Positions 37,716-47,303 are shown, counted from the first letter of the stretch. The stretch is 64,000 bases of DNA from Polyangiales bacterium (GCA_038231275.1 JBBRLQ010000034.1:1-64000); one strand, 5' to 3'. The notes: a model not told the origin generated them from the letters alone. Translations and numbers: made by a program.

Positions 37716-39209
37716 ATGACGGCAAAGGGCTCCTCGATCTTGCTTTGGATGGTGCTGGCGATCGTCGCGCTCGGTGCCGTCGCACTTTGGGACGAGCAGC
37801 GCGAGTCGGCCCTCGCGCTCGAGGACTTCGCGCAGGAGCAAGCGAGCACGGCGCGCAGCGTGGCGTCGGTACTCGCGGCTCGCCTCGGCGAGGCGGAGGG
37901 GATGGCGCGCGCCGTCGCGAGCAAGCCCGAGACGGTTCTTCCCGCCGGCATGACCGCGCGCGTACGTCGCACGTCGGAGCCCTCCACGCCGCAGGAGCCG
38001 CAGCAGTTCCAGCGCGCGATCCCACTCGACGGCGACCGCGTGCTCGAGATCACGCTTCCGATGGTCTACTTGAGCGCGATGGCCACCGCGCTCGGTGAGC
38101 CCGGCGCGATCGTGGTGTTCATCAAGAGGCCGGATCGCGACGGGTTCGTGGCCGTCGCGCCCGGCGCGGCGCCTGCCCCGGTGCTCGATGGTGCTCTCGC
38201 GCGAAATGCGACGTGGGTTCGCCTTGGACGTCCGGAAGCCGCCGCGCTCGGTCTCCCCGCGCGTACCGCGATGGCGGGCGTCGCGACGGTCGACGCCGGG
38301 GCGATGGGCACTTGGGGCGTCACGGTCGTCGCGACGGCGCTGCGTGAGCGCGACCGCGAGGTCCGGGCGCAGTGGCGGCTCGTCCTCGGCTTCTCGCTCG
38401 CGTCGGGCCTCGTCCTGGCGTTCGGCACCGTCGCGCGGCGTATGCAGCGCAAGGAGCTCGAGCTGACGCGCGACCTCGCCACGGCCGACGCGATGAAGCT
38501 GCGCGACGAGCGGTTGGTCCGCGCCGACAAGCTCGCCACCTTGGGCGCGCTCGCCACAGGCATCGCGCACGAGGTCTCGACGCCGCTCGGCGTCATCGTC
38601 GGCCGCGCGGAGCAGCTCTTGCCAAAGGTCCAGGGCGACGAACGCGCCAAGCGCGCCGTCGAGGTCATCACCGAGCAAGCCGAGCGCATCACCCTGATCA
38701 TCCGCGCATTCCTAGGCCTCGCGCGAGGCGGTACTCCGACGCTCGAGCACGTGCAGCCGAAGAGGCTCGTGGAAACGGCGCTGGAGCTCGTCGCGCATCG
38801 GTTCACCAAGGCGGAGGTCCACCTCGCCGCGCACCTCGACGGAGGTCTGCCGAGCATCGCGTGCGACCCGCGTCTGTTCGAGCAAGTCCTCGTGAACCTG
38901 CTCCTCAACGCCTGCGACGCGTGCAAGGCGGGAGGCCACGTCGACCTCGCGGTCACCAGCGACGGCGAGCGCGTGGCCTTCGTGGTCAACGACGACGGCG
39001 CGGGCATCACAGCCGAGAGCGCGCGCCAGGCCGTCGAGCCGTTCTTCACGACCAAAGCAGAAGGGGAGGGGACGGGCCTCGGCCTCGCGATCGCGAACGA
39101 GATCGTGAAGCACCACCACGGCGAGCTGACGCTCAGCCCGCGTGGCCGCGCCGGTGGCACGCGCGCCACCGTCGAGATGGACGCCGTCCGAGAGGCCTCG
39201 CATGCTTGA
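37716..39209 (+). CDS. Membrane sensor histidine kinase (NtrB-like; start may be 37650)
   Basis: Two TMs flanking a periplasmic domain, ATGIAHEVSTPL, NLLLNACDA, EPFFTTK..GEGTGLGL. Confidence 0.9.
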   Translation: MTAKGSSILLWMVLAIVALGAVALWDEQRESALALEDFAQEQASTARSVASVLAARLGEAEGMARAVASKPETVLPAGMTARVRRTSEPSTPQEPQQFQRAIPLDGDRVLEITLPMVYLSAMATALGEPGAIVVFIKRPDRDGFVAVAPGAAPAPVLDGALARNATWVRLGRPEAAALGLPARTAMAGVATVDAGAMGTWGVTVVATALRERDREVRAQWRLVLGFSLASGLVLAFGTVARRMQRKELELTRDLATADAMKLRDERLVRADKLATLGALATGIAHEVSTPLGVIVGRAEQLLPKVQGDERAKRAVEVITEQAERITLIIRAFLGLARGGTPTLEHVQPKRLVETALELVAHRFTKAEVHLAAHLDGGLPSIACDPRLFEQVLVNLLLNACDACKAGGHVDLAVTSDGERVAFVVNDDGAGITAESARQAVEPFFTTKAEGEGTGLGLAIANEIVKHHHGELTLSPRGRAGGTRATVEMDAVREASHA

Positions 39210-40578
39210 GCCGAAAAGAAAGCCGCGCGTCATGGTCGTCGACGACGATCTCGCGCTCGCAGAGACTCTGCGCGACGGCCTCGTCGATCGGGACTTCGAC
39301 GCGTTCGCGATCGGCTCGGGAAAAGAGGCGGCGAAGCGCATCCCGAACGAGGATTTCGACGCCCTCGTCACCGACCTTCGCATGCCTGGCACCGACGGGC
39401 TCGATCTCCTGGCGGTGTCGCGGCAGGTCGCGCCGGACAGGCCGGTCATCGTCATGACCGCGTACAGCGCGGTCGAGACCGCCGTCGAGTCGATCCGGCG
39501 CGGCGCGTACCACTACCTCACGAAGCCGTTCAAGGCCGACGAGCTCGCGCTCTTCCTCGACAAGGCGCTCGGCGAAGCTCGCTTGCGCCGCGAGGCCGCC
39601 GTCCTCCGCCGCGCGCTCCGCGAACAGTTCGCCACGTCATCCATCATCGGTCGCAGCGACGCCATGCGTGAGGTGTGCGATCTCGCCGAGCGTGTCGCCG
39701 ACGCCATCGCGCCCGTTCTCCTGCTCGGCGAGACCGGGACCGGAAAAGGCCTCGTCGCGCGCGCGATCCACGCGTCGGGGACGCGCGCGAGCCACGCGTT
39801 CGTCATGGTGAACTGCGCGTCGGTTCCCGAGAACCTGCTCGAGAGCGAGCTCTTCGGCCACGTGAAGGGCGCGTTCACCGGCGCGACGTCAAGCCGTCGC
39901 GGCCTGTTCGAGGAGGCGTCGGGCGGGACGCTGTTCCTCGACGAGATCGGTGAGATGCCGCCCGCCGTCCAGGCGAAGTTGCTTCACGTCCTCGAGCGCG
40001 GCGTCGTCCGGGCCGTGGGCTCCGACAAGGAGCGGGCCGTCGACGCGCGCATCGTCGCCGCCACCCACCGCGACTTGCGCGCCCGCGTCCGCGAGGGGGC
40101 CTTTCGCGAGGATCTCCTCTTCCGGCTCGAGGTCGTAACGATCGAGCTGCCGCCGCTGCGGCAGCGGCGCGACGACCTGCCGCCGCTCATCGGCCACATG
40201 CTCGCGCAGGCGAAGGCGCGGCACCCCGAGAGCCCGGTGACGCGCTTCGGGGCGGAGGCGCTCGAGCGCATGCTCGCCCACACCTGGCCCGGCAACGTTC
40301 GCGAGCTCGAGAACACGATCGAGCGCGCCGTGCTCCTCGCACGCGGACCCGAGGTGGCGGCGTCCGAGCTGCCATCGACGGTCGGGGCGAAGGGCGGCGG
40401 CGCCGATCGCACGGTCTTCGACGGCGCCGTGATGCCGCTCTACGAAATGGAGCGGCGCTACGCGCGCTGGGCCATCGATCAGCTCGGTGGCCGGCGAATG
40501 CTCACCGCGGAGCGACTCGGCGTCGACCGCAAGACGCTCGCCCGCCTCCTCGGCGGCGTGTCCGACGAAGAAGACTGA
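39202..40578 (+). CDS. Sigma54-dependent response regulator (NtrC family bEBP)
   Basis: REC, GETGTGK, ESELFGH.KGAFTGA, LFLDEIG, WPGNVREL, Fis-type HTH. Confidence 0.95.
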   Translation: MLEPKRKPRVMVVDDDLALAETLRDGLVDRDFDAFAIGSGKEAAKRIPNEDFDALVTDLRMPGTDGLDLLAVSRQVAPDRPVIVMTAYSAVETAVESIRRGAYHYLTKPFKADELALFLDKALGEARLRREAAVLRRALREQFATSSIIGRSDAMREVCDLAERVADAIAPVLLLGETGTGKGLVARAIHASGTRASHAFVMVNCASVPENLLESELFGHVKGAFTGATSSRRGLFEEASGGTLFLDEIGEMPPAVQAKLLHVLERGVVRAVGSDKERAVDARIVAATHRDLRARVREGAFREDLLFRLEVVTIELPPLRQRRDDLPPLIGHMLAQAKARHPESPVTRFGAEALERMLAHTWPGNVRELENTIERAVLLARGPEVAASELPSTVGAKGGGADRTVFDGAVMPLYEMERRYARWAIDQLGGRRMLTAERLGVDRKTLARLLGGVSDEED

Positions 40579-40714
40579 TCGCATCGATCGAAGGCGGAAC
40601 GGGGATCGCCCACGTCGACGCCTGCCGCGCAGCGTCGCTCTGCCCGGAGCCCTCTGGGTGACGTGCGCTCTGACGCCGCGGACGGAGCTCCCCGCGTGAC
40701 GCCGTGCACGGAGC

Positions 40715-41320
40715 TCACCAGGTCAGCTTCATCGCGAATCCGTCCGCCGTTACCGAGCCGGGGACGTCGGAGAGGATCGGCCGCGCGCAGAAGGCCTCCA
40801 TGCCCGCGCCGATCGCGCCGCGCATGCTCGTCACGAAGAACGGCGAGCCCGCGAGAGGGCATTTCCACACGTCGAGACGGGCTGCACGCTCACCCAGCTT
40901 GTAGACGGCGACGGCGCCGCCGCGATTGGAGCGGCGCCACATGCGATCGACGTGACGAAGCGCGGTCCAGGGCGTCGCGCCGAGCTTTCCGACCAGGCGC
41001 ACCATCGTGGAGACGAGGACGCCGTTGTTCGCCTGCGAGACGAAGCGGCCGAGATCGATCTGCTCGGCGGCCGAGAGGTTCAGCGCGTCGCACGCGGCGT
41101 AGGCGCGGAGCGCCAGATCGAGCGGGATCCACTCGTCGGTCGTCATGCCGCCCCACGCGAGCTCCAGATCGGGAGGCAGGAGCGCCCGGAATCGCTCTGT
41201 CAGCCCCTGCTGCTCCATCCACCGACGTCCGCTCGAGAACACGAAGCCGCGAACCGCGTCGACCAGCGGCGTGTCCGCCTTCGACAGCGGCGGTGGCACC
41301 ACGAACTCGGGGGCAGACAT
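40715..41320 (-). CDS. DUF2378-like myxobacterial protein
   Basis: VRGFVF, EWIPL, DLGRF, C-terminal L-x-W; same pattern as 15655-16251. Confidence 0.6.
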   Translation of the reverse strand: MSAPEFVVPPPLSKADTPLVDAVRGFVFSSGRRWMEQQGLTERFRALLPPDLELAWGGMTTDEWIPLDLALRAYAACDALNLSAAEQIDLGRFVSQANNGVLVSTMVRLVGKLGATPWTALRHVDRMWRRSNRGGAVAVYKLGERAARLDVWKCPLAGSPFFVTSMRGAIGAGMEAFCARPILSDVPGSVTADGFAMKLTW

Positions 41321-41489
41321 CCTCGTAAGGGTGTCATTTCTCCCCCGTTCGCGCCGCGTCGAGGTTCGATCGGGTTGTTCGCTAGCCACGGGTCGCACCT
41401 ACAGGAACGGCCGCGCCCTGCAGAACTTTAGCGTTCCGGCGCGATTCCGCCGTCCGCGACCGTCTTCCTGGACGAGGCGGAGCACACCC

Positions 41490-42329
41490 TCACCCCGCCA
41501 CCTCCGTGACGTAGCGTGCGAGCATCGTCTTCGCGCCCTCCGCGAACGCGATGGTCAGCTTCGCGTCGGGACCTTCACCCGCCTGTGACACGATCACGCC
41601 TTCCCCGAATTTGGGATGAACGACTCTCTTCGCGGGCGCCGCGGGCTCGGGCTTCGGCGGCGGCCTGAACACGGGCTTCGGCATGCGCGATGGAGTCGAG
41701 CTCTTGGCGGTCGGCGCGGGGGCGGCGGCCGGAGCTGCGGATGGCGCGGTGGCTGCTGCGATGGCGGCTGCGGTGGCTGGGGCGGCGGCGGGAGCTGCGG
41801 CAGGCGCGCCGACTGGGGCGGCGGCCGGAGCCACGGCGGTCCTGCGCTTCGGCTCGCTTTTCGCGGCGGGTGAGACCGGCACAGCGAGCCCGGCGGCCTC
41901 TCGCAGCGCTCGCGCTTTCTTCGGCCGAACCTCGTCGACGACCTCTCGCAGCGCGGGTACGTCGATTCGACGGAGCTCGTGCTGAACGATCTCCCTTCCC
42001 ACGAGGTTCATCAGCGTGGGGCGCGCGGCCGCGTCGTCCACCGCCCAGGAGCGCGCCAGCGCCCATAGATCTTCGGCCGTCGAAGGGGGAACGTAGGCGA
42101 GCGCGAACGCGACGATCTCCGCCGCCTCGGGGAAAAAATTCCACTGCCCGAAGCCCGCCCCAAGGTTCTCGGCGACGAGCTTCGGCAGCTTCGATTGCGC
42201 GGCCAGCGTTTGGCCCGCGATCTGCGCCTCCCCGTACACCGAGCCCTTGTGCGCGTTTGCGACCATCGCCACGAGCTCGTCGCGCGTCATCGCCGAGCCT
42301 TCGGCGGGTTCCGACTCCGTGTTCGCCAT
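41490..42329 (-). CDS. Hypothetical protein with C-terminal PcrA/UvrD-type Tudor domain
   Basis: RVVHPKFGEGVIV...GEG.DAKLTIAF..G.KTMLA.Y after an Ala/Pro linker. Confidence 0.7.
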   Translation of the reverse strand: MANTESEPAEGSAMTRDELVAMVANAHKGSVYGEAQIAGQTLAAQSKLPKLVAENLGAGFGQWNFFPEAAEIVAFALAYVPPSTAEDLWALARSWAVDDAAARPTLMNLVGREIVQHELRRIDVPALREVVDEVRPKKARALREAAGLAVPVSPAAKSEPKRRTAVAPAAAPVGAPAAAPAAAPATAAAIAAATAPSAAPAAAPAPTAKSSTPSRMPKPVFRPPPKPEPAAPAKRVVHPKFGEGVIVSQAGEGPDAKLTIAFAEGAKTMLARYVTEVAG

Positions 42330-42417
42330 CGTGTCCAGAGTTCGCTGCGTGCGCAGCGGCGTCAAGAGACACTCCGCCGCGTCGACACCATCGGCGCGAC
42401 GACATAAGAGAAGCGCC

Positions 42418-43058
42418 ATGGGAAAATCGGCGCGGTACGACGCGATCATCCTCGGCGCCGGACAGGCAGGGCCCCCTCTCGCCGAGCGCCTCACCGCGAA
42501 AGGCCTGACCGTGGCCCTCGTCGAGCGGAAACGGTTCGGCGGCACCTGCGTCAACACAGGATGCATGCCGACCAAGACGCTCGTCGCGAGCGCCTACGCC
42601 GCGCACCTCGCCCGACGCGCCGCGGAACCCATACCGCCTACAACGACTTCGAGATCGTCGCCGCCAATCTCCTCGACGGCGAATCGCGCCGCGTGAGCGA
42701 CCGGCTTCTTGGATATGCACTCTACATCGATCCGCCCCTCGGCCGCGTCGGCCTCACCGAGCGCGACGCCCTCGCGGCCGGTCACACGATCCGCGTCGGA
42801 AAGCGTCCGATGACGCGCGTGGGTCGCGCGATCGAGAAGGGCGAGACGCAGGGCTTCATGAAGGTGGTCGTGGACGCGGAGAGCCAGCGCATCCTCGGCG
42901 CCGCGATCCTCGGCGTCGGCGGAGACGAGGCCATCCACGGAATCCTCGACGTCATGAACGCGAAGCTGCCGTACACGACGCTGCAGCGCGCGGTGCCGAT
43001 TCATCCGACGGTCTCGGAGCTGATCCCCACGCTGCTGGGAGAGTTGGCCGCCCCCTGA
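42418..43058 (+). pseudogene. Internally deleted pyridine nucleotide-disulfide oxidoreductase (MerA/RclA-like)
   Basis: GAGQAG and GGTCVNTGC N-terminus joined out of frame at ~42627 to HTAYND...IHPTVSE C-terminus; NAD(P)H domain absent. Confidence 0.85.
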
Positions 43059-43099
43059 GGTTTGCCCTTCGATCCGAGGTGAAGGCGCCGAGTCCGCGC

Positions 43100-43127
43100 T
43101 TGACAGAGCACGGCGAGCTTCTAGGCT
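43100..43127 (+). promoter_or_regulatory. Putative sigma70-type promoter
   Basis: TTGACA-N16-TAGGCT. Confidence 0.5.
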
Positions 43128-43133
43128 AGACAA

Positions 43134-43282
43134 ACCGCCGACCGTTTCGGTGGACGCTTCGTCCGGCCTCACCCACACAGGGGCCACACTCGAAGCCAAG
43201 CGGGGCGCAGTCTCGCCAGACGGTATCGGATTCTCGGTTCTCGGCGCGTGTGTGGGACGACGCCAGATCCAGGAGAAGCCCG
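43134..43282 (+). ncRNA. Candidate structured 5' leader RNA
   Basis: Hairpins ACCG/CGGT, GGACG/CGTCC and GGCG/CGCC, plus long-range CCCACACA (43172-79)/TGTGTGGG (43249-56) before an AGGAG RBS. Confidence 0.35.
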
Positions 43283-44044
43283 ATGACGAACAAGCGCAAG
43301 GCGCGCATCCGCGAGCTGGCGAACGATCTCGGTATCAACCGGCGCGCCGCAGCGAGTCGCCTCGACGCAGGCCGATCGCGCACACCAACGCCGGCAGTGC
43401 AGGCCCTGACGACCGTCGCGATCGGGGCGTATTCGGGCCCTCGGGGCGATGCCGCGCCGCGCGTGACGCTCCAAGATCTCTGGGCGTGCGCGTCGGCGGG
43501 CGTCTTGACGTGCGACGGCGACTCTTGTGGCTGGGCGTTGGTGGAGCCGCCTCCCCGCGGCGCCCCCGCCGAGCTCGTCGAGCGGTGCCGCAGCGCGCCG
43601 TACCTCGAGGCGATGGACAAGAACAACTGGGCGACCGAGGCGCGGTATGCGCTCAGGCAGATCGGACGCGACGTCGCGACCGCGTACGCCGAGAGCGTCC
43701 GCAAGGGCACGCCGACTCTGTGCTCGAGCGCGGCACCGACGCCCCCGACGGTTCCGGCCCCCGGCGAGCGCCTCCAAGCCGTCGAGCAGTTCCGATCCGA
43801 TCCGGGCTGGCGCAGCATCCTCTTCACGATGGACCACCCCATCTTCTTCCAGTACCGCATCGATGCGGGCGACCGAGCGTTCACTGCGTCGGCCAGGGGC
43901 AGTCGGCGCGAGAAGGACGGCGGCACCACGGACCTCACGCTGATCCTCCGCGGGCGTCTCGACGACACGGGCGAGCTCTGGACCTCGGCGATCGAAGAGA
44001 CGTGGACCGCGCGGCCTGTCGCCTCGCGCGGAGCGTGGTCGTGA
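43283..44044 (+). CDS. Hypothetical protein: basic HTH-like N-terminus plus pilin-head-like C-terminal domain
   Basis: AGGAG RBS; KARIRELANDLGINRRAAASRL; TEARYAL..I...LC.SA.PTP..VP...GW..I.F.M..P.FFQY...FTASARG. Confidence 0.65.
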   Translation: MTNKRKARIRELANDLGINRRAAASRLDAGRSRTPTPAVQALTTVAIGAYSGPRGDAAPRVTLQDLWACASAGVLTCDGDSCGWALVEPPPRGAPAELVERCRSAPYLEAMDKNNWATEARYALRQIGRDVATAYAESVRKGTPTLCSSAAPTPPTVPAPGERLQAVEQFRSDPGWRSILFTMDHPIFFQYRIDAGDRAFTASARGSRREKDGGTTDLTLILRGRLDDTGELWTSAIEETWTARPVASRGAWS

Positions 44045-45696
44045 TGCGGCCGCACCATCTGCTCGCGCTCGCCGCGCTCACGATGTCATGCGCCGCCAGC
44101 CCGGCGCCATTGGCGACGCGACCGCAGCGCTTCGTCGACCCACCGATCCCCGAGCTCGAGTTCACGGACTCCGCCCGCCGCGCCAAGATCGAGGCGACCT
44201 TCCCCGAGCTCGACGCCTACTTCGCGCGCGAGCAGACCAAGGCGAAGGTTCCGGGCTTGGCGGTCGGCGTCGTCGTCGACGGCGACCTCGCGTGGTCGAG
44301 AGGCTACGGCTTGCGCGACGTGGAGGCGCGCGCGCCCATCGACGCCGACAGCGTTCTCCGCATCGGCTCCATGGGCAAGACGCTCGCCGCCACCGCGATC
44401 ATGCAGCTTCGCGACGCCGGCAAGCTCGCGCTCGGGGATCCCGCGGAGCGCTACCTCCCGGAGCTGTCCGACGCCGTGTACATGCGCCGCGACGCCCCGC
44501 GCATGACGATCTGGAATCTCCTCACCCACTCGTCGGGGCTCCCCGAGTGGGGGCCGTACAGCTTCACTGACGAGGGGCACGAGATCACCGAGGCCGAGGT
44601 GCGGCGTACCTACCCGAACCAGGCGCTCGTACTGACCACCGGCGCCGGCAACAACTACTCGAACGCGGGGATCATCGCCGCGGGGCTCATCGCCGCCAGC
44701 GTCTCGGGGATGCCGTATCGGAAGTACGTGACGGAACGGATCTTCCGTCCGCTGGGGATGACGGCGTCGGTGTGGAACGAGGAGGACGTCCCGCGCGAGC
44801 ACTTCGCGAAGGGGTATGCCGGACCCGAGGGCGCGCGCACGAGCCCGAAGAACTGGCGCATCGGCGCGGCGGTCCCGGCCGGTGGCGCCTACTCGTCGGT
44901 GCGCGATCTCGCGCGGTTCGTGGCGATGCAGCTGTCCGCATGGGAAAGGCGCGATCGACCGGATGACGGCCCGGTTCGTCGCGCGTCGCTGCGCGAGATG
45001 CACCTTCCGAGCTTCACCGGCCCGGGCCGCGTTCGGACACCGGATCCGGATTCGCCGTGGCTCGCAGAGCTGCGCGTGCATTCGCAGGGCCTGGGGTGGG
45101 AGATTTTCAGCAACTGCGACTTCGAAAAGGTCGTCATGAAGGGCGGCGGCGAAGAGGACGGCTACGCCGGCTTCATGGTGTTCGTGCCCGGAACGCAAGT
45201 GGGGCTCGTGGCGCTATGGAACGTGGGCGACCTCGGCCTGTTCGACACGCTCGAGCCGGCCCTCCGCATCCTCGGGCACAAAGGCGGGCTCGAGGGGCGA
45301 AAGGTGAAGCCGGCGCCGGCGCTCCGGGAGGCGAAGGCGCGGCTCGATCGCTTGCTGGCGAAGTGGGACGCGGCCGACGCGGAGCGCCTCTTCGCGCCGC
45401 TCGTGTTCGACGCGATTTCGAACACGCCGTCGCGGGCGGACTGGGCGAAGATGATTACGAGCCACGGCGCGTGCCACGCGCGCGACGACTTGGAAGTAGG
45501 CAACGGCTTCGCGAATGGGCACTGGACGGCGGACTGCGAGCGCGGGCGAATCGAGCTCGAGGTCGACGTCGCGCAGTGGTCGCCGCTCGTCGTGCGGGAG
45601 TATCGATTCAACGAGCTTCGCGAAACGCCGAGCGACTCTGGCCCGCGGGAGCGGTGTCCACGAAGACCGGCGACGGCGAACGACGAGCGAAGATGA
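44044..45696 (+). CDS. Serine hydrolase, beta-lactamase/AmpC-like family lipoprotein
   Basis: RIGSMGK (SxxK), LLTHSSGL, YSN, IFRPLGMT; signal peptide with Cys. Confidence 0.9.
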   Translation: MRPHHLLALAALTMSCAASPAPLATRPQRFVDPPIPELEFTDSARRAKIEATFPELDAYFAREQTKAKVPGLAVGVVVDGDLAWSRGYGLRDVEARAPIDADSVLRIGSMGKTLAATAIMQLRDAGKLALGDPAERYLPELSDAVYMRRDAPRMTIWNLLTHSSGLPEWGPYSFTDEGHEITEAEVRRTYPNQALVLTTGAGNNYSNAGIIAAGLIAASVSGMPYRKYVTERIFRPLGMTASVWNEEDVPREHFAKGYAGPEGARTSPKNWRIGAAVPAGGAYSSVRDLARFVAMQLSAWERRDRPDDGPVRRASLREMHLPSFTGPGRVRTPDPDSPWLAELRVHSQGLGWEIFSNCDFEKVVMKGGGEEDGYAGFMVFVPGTQVGLVALWNVGDLGLFDTLEPALRILGHKGGLEGRKVKPAPALREAKARLDRLLAKWDAADAERLFAPLVFDAISNTPSRADWAKMITSHGACHARDDLEVGNGFANGHWTADCERGRIELEVDVAQWSPLVVREYRFNELRETPSDSGPRERCPRRPATANDERR

Positions 45697-45794
45697 ACCC
45701 GACGTGCGGATGACACCGGCTCAGGGCAGCGAGACCTTCTCGCCCTCGAGCGACTGGCCGGCCTCTTCCCAGTCGGGGATGCGTCGCCGTGCGC

Positions 45795-47159
45795 TCAACG
45801 TAACGCGCTGCCGGCGCGCTCGAGATCGACGCGCAGCCGCGTGCGGCCGACGAGTAGCTCGTCGTCGTGGACGAGGGCTTGGCGGCCCTTGATGCGAACG
45901 AAGACGCCGCTCCGTGCGCCGAGATCCGTGAGCACGTACGACTCCGCCTGCTCCTCGATGACGCAATGGTACTTGGCGACGACGGGGTCACCGCGCAGCA
46001 CCAGATCGTTCGCGAACTCGATGCCCGCGCCGATCTGGAGCAAGCTCCCGCGCGCGAGCGCGCATCCTCCGACGCCGCCGCCCTCGAAAATCTGCAAGAC
46101 GCGAAACGCCGACGGGCCGCGCGGCGACGCCAAGTAGTAGGTCGGCCCCGCGCCGGGTCCATCGTCGACGTCGCTGTTGGCCTCGATGCGCAAGAGCTGA
46201 TCGCCGCATACGAACTCGTCGCCGATTGCGATCGCCACGCGCGTCCGGATCCGGATGAAGACGCCGTTGCCGCCCTCGAGATCATCGAGAAAGAGCTTCC
46301 CGCCCTCCCACGTGAGCGCCGCCTCTTGCGGGTGGCAGAAGCGCTCTCCTGCGAGCGACACCGCGCCCATCGAGCCGATGACGATCGACTCGCCCGGGGG
46401 ATCGTAGCGCTCGGGGCCTCCCGAGAGACTTCGCAGGACGTGCAGCGTCACGTGGACCTTCGTGGCTGCCGCGGGGGTCTTCGCGGGAGGAGGCGCAGCG
46501 GCAGGCGCGGGCTTCGCGCCGCCGACCTGACCGACGTCGACGACCGGCGCGCGCTCCAGCACCTCCATGCCGCCCGCGCGCTTGCCTTCGAGGATGGGAT
46601 CGAACTGCCCGTCGCGGAGCATCCCGACCATCTCCATGTGCTGGCCCTTCATCAAGGCCTTCACGTGCATTACGACGTCGGGCGAGCTCACGGCATCGGT
46701 GTAGCTGCGCTTGTGGCTCTTGATGACGCGCCCGCCGTCGGCGAACACGTGCGTGATGACGTGCGGGTTTCCCAAGCCCGAGTCCTCGGTCTGCACGTGG
46801 TACTGCTTGCCCTTGTAGCGGACGTTGTTGTTGAACCCGACCTGCGCGCGCTGAAAGACGGGCCGCCCTTGCTTCTCGAGCTTCGCGAGCTCCGTCGCGG
46901 TGAAGCGGCCGATGGCCCGCTCGAGCTCGCCATGATCGCCGGTGAGGCCCTCCATCCGCTCGAACGCTGCCTTGGCGACGGCGCTCTTCGCGTCGATGCG
47001 AAGCGCCTCTGCAAGCAGCGCTTGGCCGTCCGCGTCGTTGGGCCCCGACGCCGCCCACGCGGCGAGGATGAGCACGGCGTCGCCGTCGTTCCCCTTCTCG
47101 CGCAGCACCTTGGCGACGCGTTTGGCGAGCGCGCGTGGATCGGAGGCGGCAGACGTCAT
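45795..47159 (-). CDS. Tandem FHA-domain protein
   Basis: Helical N-terminus, GFNNNVRYKGKQYHVQTEDSG domain, two FHA-like domains (DLEGGNGVFIRI, DLGARSGVFVRI). Confidence 0.8.
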   Translation of the reverse strand: MTSAASDPRALAKRVAKVLREKGNDGDAVLILAAWAASGPNDADGQALLAEALRIDAKSAVAKAAFERMEGLTGDHGELERAIGRFTATELAKLEKQGRPVFQRAQVGFNNNVRYKGKQYHVQTEDSGLGNPHVITHVFADGGRVIKSHKRSYTDAVSSPDVVMHVKALMKGQHMEMVGMLRDGQFDPILEGKRAGGMEVLERAPVVDVGQVGGAKPAPAAAPPPAKTPAAATKVHVTLHVLRSLSGGPERYDPPGESIVIGSMGAVSLAGERFCHPQEAALTWEGGKLFLDDLEGGNGVFIRIRTRVAIAIGDEFVCGDQLLRIEANSDVDDGPGAGPTYYLASPRGPSAFRVLQIFEGGGVGGCALARGSLLQIGAGIEFANDLVLRGDPVVAKYHCVIEEQAESYVLTDLGARSGVFVRIKGRQALVHDDELLVGRTRLRVDLERAGSALR

Positions 47160-47303
47160 ACCTCCGATCATCGATGCGCCCGCGTCAGGAGGCAATCGGC
47201 AACTGCGACGAGGCCTCCCGGATCACCACCTCCCGCTCGACGCGGTGAAGATGTCGACGACGCCGGAGCGCGTTCTCCGCCTCGTGCTCCGGCAACGGTC
47301 CCG

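Noticed and set aside
36018..38678. 1296-aa ORF (34788-38678) as a giant fusion
   Set aside because: Only the last ~410 codons are a real MFP; the extension overlaps TolC and the kinase in other frames
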